From the human T2T-CHM13v2.0 reference genome, Homo sapiens, in NCBI RefSeq assembly GCF_009914755.1, contig NC_060929.1: DNA of 64,000 nucleotides. One strand, written 5' to 3'. Made by a program: the position numbers and the translations under genes. Below are positions 26,782-36,297 of this stretch, piece after piece. Under the pieces are notes generated by a model that was not told the DNA's origin, did not search any database, and was given only the letters and a program-made list of their open reading frames with translations. Within the stretch, counting starts at the first letter, position 1, and each line of letters starts with the position of its first letter.

Positions 26782-29146
26782 CCCTAGGGTGTGGAAGGTA
26801 GTGGACTGTAGAGACAACAGGTATAATTCACCTTCCCACTCCCCAAGAAATCCACAAGCAATATATTTTTCCAACAGACAATCTATACCTAAGGGGAAAA
26901 AAACAGAATTTAATGCAAATTAACTCAAACTACAATGTATTAATATGTCTAAAGTCTACTAAATATTTATGGAATCAATAAAATGGATCCTATCAGAAGC
27001 CCAACAACAAAAAAAAGGATTAAAATGTCCTGAGTTGCCATGTTAGGAGTTTTTTTGGATTTTGTTTTGTTTTTTATTAAAGAGACTTAAAACACAGAAT
27101 ATACTTTTCCATTCATGTATTTATTGTCTTGGGGATACACCTAATTAACAGCAGAAGAAAAACAATGTACCCTGAAACTAACTGTAAATTTATTGAAGAC
27201 AGGCTCCACATCTTTGTCTCCCACATCTTCTTCCCCTATTTTGTGCAGTGGTTCACATATAGTAAGTATTCAATTAAGTTGAAAAGCAATGCAAGTTTCA
27301 ATTCACATTAATTTGGAGGGGTTGCACTGATTTAAGGAGCAGCTGAGATGAAAAGGCTAGCTTCGATCTTTTCTGATTTCTGGCTAGTGAGGCACACCAT
27401 CTTGAAAACTTCCTCTGCTGAACCTTGCATAACTGCTGTCCACTGCGGCATTCTTAATGTCTTGATTTGTTTCCATTTCTGCTGAAGGTAACGAGATGGT
27501 TCTCCAGTGCTTATCTTTCCAAAGAGAAAACGTGCAGGGTGATTTGAAGCAGGTACTCAGTGGCTATCTGTCCCAGTCCTAGAGGCAGTGTATCTGTGGG
27601 CAAATTGAAACCAATTATTAATCCAGGCCTTTCTAAGAACAACTTTTCAGAAGTACAAAGGTTAGCTTTTACTGATCACTAAAATGTTATTTCGCTCAAC
27701 ATTTCAAAAATACAACCAGGATCTCTTATGGTGGTTGTCTAAAGCTTTATCTCCCTACTTTAAATAATGACTTTGAAATCCATCTCACCCCCAGGCACAG
27801 ATCCAAGCCTAAGGAAATCAGAAATATCACATACCTGCATATTTGGAAAAGAAAGTTCCCCTACCAGGTAAGGATTCTGCATTTTCATTCCTTGTCTTTA
27901 TAAGCAGGAAAAGCCCCACTCGAGGTCCCAGGCCCTACCCCTTTGTGAATAGTAAAGTCCCTGCCTGTGTCCCATCCTGTGGCACCATATGGATGGCTGG
28001 GAAACAACAGTTGCAGATAGAGAAGCGTGCTGTGAAGCAATCGGACAAGCAAAGAACATTTTCTTCAGCAAAGGCTCTGAACTAGCCAGGTGGGTCAAAG
28101 ACAGAGGCACACATGAAAACTTCAAACATCAGCTAGGTAGGAAAGCCCCCATGAGGGCAGCATGGAAGGATCCAGTCACACCTTGTGTATTAGTTACACC
28201 ATCATGCACCAGAAAAGACAGGCATCTTTACAAGAAACATTTCCATTCATTCACATGCTCAGGGGCTGTTGTCTCTCTGAACTGTCTTACTGCAGACCCT
28301 GGCTCCACCACCCCTCCTTGCTCAGGCCCTCTTCTCCTCAGCCTGGAATAAGATGGCCTCCTAGCTAGGCCTAGGTCTCCTCTGCCATAGTCTCAACTCC
28401 TTCCAAGCAATGCTACCACCTCTGGGCCTCCACCTCAGCCATTCATTCCAGGCTCCCTCTGAGCTTGGGCCCCTGATGTCTCCACTTAAAAGGCTCAGCA
28501 CTACTGTAACCTTCAACCCATCCTCATCAGAGCAGACCATAGAGAAGCAACTTCAGCCCAGAAGATGGTGAGACTGGAATTCTATATTTGACCACAAATG
28601 CATTCAGTTGCACTGACTTTACTCTACATTGCTTCTTCATTTCTCCGTTTTCCTAGTTCCAAACATGTTGGCTCAATCCTCAGAGCTGGCATCTGCCCTG
28701 ACTGGATTTTCGGTTTCCTACAAACTGGATTTCGGTTGCCTTATGCCTTGCCCTGAACCTAAATCTACTTGACTAGGGACCTGATAAAACCCTTCCCTAG
28801 ATTCCATTCCAGGCCCCCAGCTGTAGGCTGGGATCCAGCTGTGATTAGATTGCCTCCTTTCATGATACCACCACTCGTGACTCTAAATCTCACCTGTTAT
28901 CTACAATTCTAGTGGCCCAAACCTCCTGCTAAATTAAATCTCCTCAGGTACCAACACCTTCCCTGAACCAATCCCAACCACATCCACTTGGTCACTAAGG
29001 ACTGGACTGCTGGCTTATGCTAGTGAAACCAAGTTCCCAGTCCCTAATACACCTAATCTTGGCTTCCTCCTGTTCCCTGGAAACCTATGCTGCTGAGACC
29101 CTTCATAGGAACTTCCTCACCCAGCCTAGACAAATTATAGCACTAT

Positions 29147-29148
<2 letters not shown>

Positions 29149-29195
<47 letters not shown>
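29149..29195 (+). repeat. (TG)n microsatellite
   Basis: About 23 TG units, directly abutting the 82-bp duplicated segment. Confidence 0.95.
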
Positions 29196-29198
<3 letters not shown>

Positions 29199-29277
29199 CA
29201 ATTAGAATCTAAGTGTCTTCTTAATAAAAACTTACTGATTTTTCTACAGTAAATGTCTAAACTACATCAGAATAGAC
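29196..29277 (+). repeat. 82-bp direct repeat, copy 1
   Basis: atgcaattagaatctaagtgtc...tacatcagaatagac; identical to 29790-29871 except one base (aataaaaa vs aaaaaaaa). Confidence 0.97.
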
Positions 29278-29333
29278 ATATATATGTATATATATGTATA
29301 TATATATATGTGTGTGTATATATATATATATAT
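29278..29333 (+). repeat. (TA)n/(TG)n compound microsatellite
   Basis: atatatatgtatatatatgtatatatatatatgtgtgtgtatatatatatatatat. Confidence 0.9.
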
Positions 29334-29789
29334 GCTGATCTCTAGAAAGAAAAGGAGAGGAAAGTTCCATCCCATCTTCTCCTTACCCCTACCCAAGCCC
29401 ATCCTCAAGGAGGAAAAGACACAAAGTGACTGAATCAAGTTACCCAACTCAGTTAAACTTTTTGTAAGTGGGAGAAGCTTTTAGTGTACTGGGAGAAAAA
29501 GTTAAAGCTTTAACTTCTGTGGGCTCTCTCATCTCTTCAGGGTTCATCTCTTTAAGGTTCTCACTCTCTTTGGATTGCTTCTTTCTACTTCCACATGGCC
29601 GGTGTGATAAAACTGGACTGAAACTTCTCTGAGCTGAGCTCATCAGAGACTGCATTAGGTTTGGGGTAGGAGGGCCAGGGCCCAGGTAGGCTAAGAACGT
29701 ATGTGCATGTATTAAATATCTGAGGTGTAGCCTGTGCTCATCTCCTCCAAGTACCTGTGGCCACAAGAAACACGTGGGCAAGGATCTGA

Positions 29790-29871
29790 ATGCAATTAGA
29801 ATCTAAGTGTCTTCTTAAAAAAAACTTACTGATTTTTCTACAGTAAATGTCTAAACTACATCAGAATAGAC
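29790..29871 (+). repeat. 82-bp direct repeat, copy 2
   Basis: Same 82-mer in unique flanking sequence, 594 bp downstream of copy 1. Confidence 0.97.
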
Positions 29872-30359
29872 CAAGAATTCTGAGAAATTTTGAAGTTCTG
29901 GGTCAGTGTTATTTATGATTCATGTATTGAGTACATCCCTCATTCAAAACCTTAATTTTATTTTTATAAAGGCATTTCTCTAAGAACACACTTCTTACAT
30001 CATAGATCTCTGAGTCTGAGATCTTTTTGAGTTAGGATGCAAGCAAGACAAATCCTGGGGGGTTTGTAAGCCTTCCTGCCAGATTAAAGCCAGGGACTTC
30101 TACTATAAAATGTTTCACTGGCTCTTGCAGATGACCACAGTCCACTGTAGAATCATTTAATATTCATGATACTTCACATATTTTGAATATTTACATATAA
30201 CATATACATACTACATACATATACACATAACCTTACTTGAAAAGAATTGGATAATGGATTTAGGCATACCCCAAAGTCCTATGATCTTTCATCACTTGGA
30301 CAAGTCTGTGGTGAAAACTCCACTTTGAAACAATGTTTTTGTTAGCATGTAACTCAGAA

Positions 30360-31240
30360 TGACACTGCCCCTAATACCCACTGTCCACATCTTTTTATTG
30401 ATAGAATCCTTGAATTTAAAGAGATGAATGGCCACAAAAACTATTTTTTCAGGCCCTCCTGATAGCTAGGTATGGTTGATGGGATGTGAGTAGAAACTAG
30501 GAATATATTTGATTTAAACCCTTAGTACTAATATATGTTGCTCAGTCACTTCTGTGGCTAAGGTGAGAACATGCCTGTAGAAGAGAAGTCTGTGCCTTGG
30601 TGAGAGTGCGTGGCCAGCAGTCTCCGATCTGTGTAGGTATTAATGTGTCAGGGCTGAGTGTTCCAGGATTTCTCTAGAGGCTGGCAAGGGCTCCTGAACC
30701 AATTGTCATTTCTGTCTTGCCACTATATCAGGGTTGGAGAAGTCCAAGCCTTAGGACCCAGTTTCCTTTCTACCTGGTGTTCTCCTGCCAGAATACCATG
30801 GGCTGTTACTTGCCTTGAGTTGGAAGCAGTTTGCATGTACACTTGTAAATTTATTCATCCTTTTAATTTATATAAGGTTTTTTTGTAACAATTCTCAATT
30901 ACTTAAGCAATGACAACAAATTTTGGTTTTCTTTTGTTATGTAAGAACATTAGGCCCCAGCAACATGCTACTGTGTAAGGAAAAATAAACTGTTGCAGTT
31001 AAAAAAAAAAGTTAGGAGTACAACCTCCAAGGAATGCCCTTAAAGAGAACACTTATGCATCTTCAGACATATTAATGAAGCCAATATCCAGGGGTAGCAG
31101 AGGTTATCAGATAGAAGTTTACATCTCCCTGACCCAACAGTCTAAACATAAGCAATCCAGAACTGCTACACCAGCTTCGTTGTGTCAAGGAGCTCCTTCT
31201 TTCATGTTTAAGCCACTATACTTTGGTACCTCTCAACAAG
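30360..31240 (+). mobile_element. Ancient ERVL LTR (LTR33/LTR16-like) split by the actin retrocopy
   Basis: 'ccctcctgatagctaggtatgg...gggatgtgagtagaa' on the left continues as 'gtacaacctccaaggaatgcccttaaag' on the right; later 'tgtttaagccactatactttgg'. Confidence 0.55.
30503..31010 (+). pseudogene. ACTG1: 5'-truncated processed pseudogene (3'UTR only) of cytoplasmic gamma-actin
   Basis: Colinear with the ACTG1 3'UTR as I recall it (gtgtcagggctgagtgtt, agtccaagcc.taggacccagtttcctttc, atgacaacaaattttggttttc, gaacattaggccccagcaaca, tgtgtaaggaaaaataaa); AATAAA 30984-30989, poly(A) 31001-31010, decayed TSD agaaactagga / aaaagttagga. The symbol is that of the parent gene. Confidence 0.88.
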
Positions 31241-32624
31241 AATATAGGTTAGGTTGCTGTAACAAATACTTCTCTGCCACTTTATAGCTGACCTATCTTG
31301 GACAAATAACTTAAACTCTATATTCTTTTAACTGTATCTACTTCACAGGGTTGTTGTCAGCAACATGAGACTATGTCTTTTTTGGGGGAGGTAGAGTGGG
31401 GGTCTCATATCCCTGGTTTCTAGCACAGTACCTGAATATAGTAAGCATTCAATAAATACCAAGCTATTATTGCTGATCTTACTCATATGCCAGATCTAAA
31501 CAAATAATGCCAGACCTTAACAACTCACCATTCAGTATTTCCAATAAAGATCTGATCTAATCCAAATAATCAACATGGTGTGCATTAGAATGATCACTTT
31601 CTGACCCAAATCATAGAAAACATGGTTTGACAAAAGATATTATCTGACTTGTGAATTTATTTTTATGAAAACTCTTATATGTAGAACCACTGGTCATCAA
31701 ATTAATGAACTGACTTAACTTTTTTAAATGATCCACTTGTATTGGGCAGTCCTGGAAAGTCAAAGGCACATTGCCCCAAGAGTACTGGTTCTGTCCCTGC
31801 CTGTTATTATTGCAAGCTTCCACTGTTCATGCATACACTGCAGAAAAGCCTGATTTTTATAACACGTTTATGATTGTGAACTTGTATTGTAATAATACAG
31901 AATCTCAAGAAAAATAATTCTTCTGTTTTCTCAAAGGAAGATGGGCACTTTTTTTGCTTCTACAAAAATAGCATGGATGAGAGTTTTCAGGAAAACACAT
32001 TTCTCTTATTGAAGAGCACTTAATAAACACACACCTGACTGCTTTCATTTCACCACAAGTGGTGCCCATTTGCCAGTCATCGAAGTAATTCAGTCTGCTC
32101 TGTTGAAGTGATGGATTCTACAAGCTGTGTAAGGCTGTCATTAAGGAGAGGATAGATTATAGTCTCATGCAGGACATTACAGTACTTACATTTCTCACCC
32201 ACACAGCTTATGAAACAGGGGAAACAAGAAGATGAAAATAAAATTAAACATGGACTTAATGCCTTTCTCTCCCAATGAATGGAATGAGCTGGTCACTAGC
32301 ACACACTTTTTACTACTTATATATAAAGTTCCATTTCCTTCTAGTTAATATAAAAAGCTTTGACACAAAGACTGTGCACAAAATTCATTATGCAGTAATT
32401 TATGTCTAACTTGCCTTTGTGCCTCTACTTTTAAAATATTATTCTTTTTTCACCCTATTTATACAGCCATTTTTCCTTCTCTATAATTTTTACCTACTTA
32501 AAATTCTCATATAGAACAGAGATTATATCTAGAATAAGATTCATTAATTTGGGTGAATTGAAAAAGACAAGCTTGAATGAATGAAAAGTCTAAAGTATGG
32601 ACAATTATCAAAAAGAGCATAACA

Positions 32625-32870
32625 GCAACAGCTGACATGTGGGAGTTTATTACATGAAAATCACTGGGCTTTTTACCTTATATTATCTCATTTAGTCCTC
32701 AAAACAGTCCTGGAGCAGGTATTATCATACCATTTTTACAAATTGGAAAACAGACTTTAAGAGATGTTAACTTTCCTAGGGCCACATAGCTACTAAGCGG
32801 TCGAACTCCTTCCAAAGTTGCAGTTGTCTGACTCCAAAGCTCGTGCTCTTTACAATCACACCAAACTGCT
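32625..32870 (-). mobile_element. MIR SINE remnant
   Basis: 'tattatctcatttagtcctcaaaacagtcctggagcaggtattatcataccatttttacaaattggaaaacagact'. Confidence 0.8.
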
Positions 32871-32994
32871 AGGTTTTTTTCTTCAATCAATAATAATATT
32901 AAAAGTAATATCTCAGAGGAAGGTTACAAAACTCTAAAGTGGTTTATTTAAAAAAAAAGTATTTAAAATTAGCTCAACACTTATTTTAGGTAAT

Positions 32995-33175
32995 ATTTAC
33001 CTGGCATTTATGAAGTAACTACTTCACACAAGGCATTTCTATACATTAAAACTGACCCTCACAACAACCTCATAAAGTAGATAACTATCTCCATTTTACA
33101 GATGGGGGAAAATACTCAGTGAAGCTAAGGTCACATAGCTAGTAAGTGGCCTAGTCTTTGCACTATGCCACACTA
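32995..33175 (-). mobile_element. MIR SINE remnant
   Basis: 'cctcacaacaacctcataaagtagataactatctccattttacagatggggg...aaggtcacatagctagtaagtggc'. Confidence 0.75.
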
Positions 33176-34413
33176 CTTCATTATCTGCCTTACAAGATCT
33201 TTCTCTAAAGTGCTAGAGAAATCTGCTTTTTAAAGGAATAGTGCCATCCCCCTGCAATTTTATTTATACTATTTATTAGCTCAGCAAAGCTTTAGTTCAG
33301 AGACAATGCAAAGGTAAACTTTAACCCAGGCCTTGACCTCATTTTCATAAATTCCAAATTTAGTGAGGTCCATGTTAATGGGTTTTATTGTATATGGAAA
33401 AGAGTTTAATAGTCACTTAGCACTGCTCTATCCATTAATAAATCTAAAAAGCCACACAAAGGTGAAGGAAGGAAGAACAGTGACCTCAAAACTAAAACAG
33501 ATAAAGAGTGCCTATAATTTGTACTCCAGCAAAAAAGTCAGAATATAAAACTGCCAATACATAACAACCAATTCAATCTTACAAGTTTAAATGCTCATTC
33601 ATCAATTAAAGAAAATTAACCTAATCAGATGCTCATATTAAAGAATACAGCCATAGCAATTCAGCAATGATAATTAAAAGTCCATTTCAAAGCTCTTTGG
33701 TGTGCAGTGAAATGATCTAACAGCGAGGCTGCCTGGTTCTTTTCACGGTGTTGTGTAAATGTGCACAGTATGTGGTCATTCCTAGCTGTTGAACATGTTC
33801 ATCTTCGCTACTCATGCTGCACTTGTTTCTGATGCAGATATGCTTCTAGGTACACAATGAGTGGGAAACATGTACAAGATATGACAGTGAATAAAGCACA
33901 TGTCTGCAGCACTGTTCTCACCATGCCTACAGCCAGTTCCATAATACACAGGGGATTTTTTTTCTCCTTGTAGGTCATCACCATACTGAAAATATTCTAA
34001 ATAAATCCTACAGGTGTCAGAGGGGGCCACCTGGAGCACTTAAGAGTCCCACAACTCTGTCAAGTTGCATCATGCTTTTTTCTTTTCTTTTCTTTAGGCC
34101 AACTTGTGAAAGAGCTGCCACATGCCTCTCTGCAAGGGAAACAGCCTTGGGACACAAGCAAAGCAATCCAGGTAAAGGATAGCCAACTATTCTTTAGGCC
34201 TGATGCACTGTGGAATAGGTGGCAGAAGCAGATTTCAGGTCCCTTAAAGTCTGGCCAGACTCTCAATAGGTCACCTACTTCCTGGTGACTGACAGCCGAG
34301 GCCTAAAGGGGGCCAGCTTGCCGAGGACCAGCTTGAGGTTTGCAGTTTTGGACACCCAGAGTGAACTAATCTCTCATAGCTATTCTCCATAAAGTATAAA
34401 AGAATAAACTTCC

Positions 34414-34673
34414 CACCTGTAATCCCAGCACTTTGGGAGGCCAAGGTGGGCAGATCACAAGGTCAGGAGATTGAAACCATCCTGGACAACATGGTGAAAC
34501 CCCGCCTCTACTAAAAATACAAAAATTAGCTGGGTGTGGTGGCATGCGCCTGTAGTCTCAGCTACTTGGGAGGCTGAGGCAGAGAATCGCTTGAACCCAG
34601 GAGGCAGAAGTTGCAGTAAGCCAAGATTGCACCGCTGCAGTCCAGCCTGGCAAAAGAGCGAGACGCCGTCTCA

Positions 34674-34710
<37 letters not shown>

Positions 34711-34712
34711 AA
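34414..34712 (+). mobile_element. AluS (AluSc-like), slightly 5'-truncated, (TAAA)n tail
   Basis: Starts at cacctgtaatcccagc; 'gatcacaaggtcaggagattgaaaccatcctgg' is Sc/Y-lineage-like. Confidence 0.9.
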
Positions 34713-35069
34713 ACCTCCCTACTATATGAATGTAAATTCATCCAAATATCTGAGGCTCCCATAATTTGCTGACCCCTTATCTGTGTTACCTGACTGGTTT
34801 GTCCACCAGGCTCACCACAGTATTATGTTAGGATTCAGCCTTTCACTTTCACTTCCAACTCTCTTGGCCACAGCATCATAATTGCTACCATTTCTTTTAT
34901 AATCAATTTTGATTTCAAGTCACTGAAAGCATTACTGAAAAAGAATATGGAGTTTCACTCTCTGGACTATTCAATGTCATAGCAAGAAAAAAACCTTCCT
35001 GGGTGTGTTGGATAAACTGAGCACTCTCAGAATCCTTCCCAACCTATGAGTTCCTCATTATTATTAATC

Positions 35070-35800
35070 AAATACCTAGCAGTACTACTTCTAGGAATCT
35101 ATCTTACAGAAATAGCAGCACAAGTTCACAAAAACAAAAACATTACCATGTTCACTACAGTGTTATTTGCAATGGCAAAAGTGTTAAGTGATCTAAATGG
35201 CCAACAGTTGAAGGATGATTAATTATGGACCATCCATACTCGGGAGCACTGTGCAGCCATTAAAAATAACATAGTATGCCTCTGTTTACTGGCATGAAGC
35301 TATGTTCAGTGAAAAAAGGATGATGGACAACATGTATAGAGTGATACCATATTTGGAAAAAATACCACTGTGTATATACAGAAATATATGTGTACAAAGG
35401 GAAATTACATGAAAAGAAATATATCTTAGAGATTTGTAACTATAAATATGTAGTTATGTATATTTCTGTTATGTGATATTCAAGTAAAAACATTTCTATT
35501 GCTGGGCACAGTGGCGTGCACCTGCAGTCCCACCTACTTAGGAGGCTAAGTCAAGAGAATCACTTGTGCCCAGGAGTTTGAAACTATAGTGTGTGAAGAC
35601 AGTGCCTGTGAATAACCACTGCACTCCAGCCTAGGCAATACAGAAAGACTCTACCTTTAAAAGAAGTTTCTATTATATACTTATATAAACATATATTTGC
35701 ATATGCATAGAAATATCGGAAAGGATATACATTAATAGTGGTCACTTCTGGAAAGTGAGTTTGGAAAGACAGAACTTTAAGTTTTTCTTAAACATATATG
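35070..35800 (+). mobile_element. Old L1M (L1MC/ME-like) 3' fragment, interrupted by FAM
   Basis: 'cctagcagtactacttctaggaatctatc...atgttcactacagtgttatttgcaatggcaaaa...gcagccattaaaaat'. Confidence 0.65.
35501..35662 (+). mobile_element. FAM (fossil Alu monomer)
   Basis: Monomer retaining the 7SL-like 'gcctgtgaataaccactgcactccagcc' segment; tttctatt on both flanks. Confidence 0.8.
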
Positions 35801-36002
35801 TGTTGAGGTTTCTAAAGGATTCTGCAAAATTGACACCCCTTTCCTCTCCTAGGTTCTGAGCAAATAAAGAAATAATACAAAAATAAAAACAGATGGGGGA
35901 CCAGAATATAACCTTTATTCTGATTGAAGCCAAGGTGGAGGAGGTAGCTTAGTCTGAAATCCAAAACACACATGGCTAAGCTATAGAATTATATCATCTT
36001 GG

Positions 36003-36297
36003 GGCCGGGCATGGTGGCTCATGCCTGTAATCCCAGCAATCTGGGAGGCAGAGGTGGGTGGATCACTTGAGGTCATGAGTTCAAGACAAGCCTGACCAAC
36101 AGGTGAAATCCTGTCTCTACTAAAAATACAAAAATTAGCCAGGTGTGGTGGTGCACACCCATAATCCCTGCTATTCGGAAGGCAGAGGCACAGATCACTT
36201 GAACCCAAGAGGCGGAGGTTGTAGTGAGCCGAGATTGCACCACTGCACTCCAGCCTGGGCAACAGAATGAGACTGTCTCAAAACCAACAAACAAAAA
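36003..36297 (+). mobile_element. AluS (Sx/Sq/Sp-like)
   Basis: Full dimer from ggccgggcatggtggctc; TSD aattatatcatcttgg / aattgtatcatcttgg. Confidence 0.93.

Noticed and set aside
27385-27480. Minus-strand short ORF METNQDIKNAAVDSSYARFSRGSFQDGVPH
   Set aside because: 30 codons, no recognisable homology or splice context
29196-29871. 82-bp repeats as LTRs of a mini-retroelement or as a CRISPR-like array
   Set aside because: Only two copies, no TG...CA ends, no TSD, no primer-binding site; eukaryotic context
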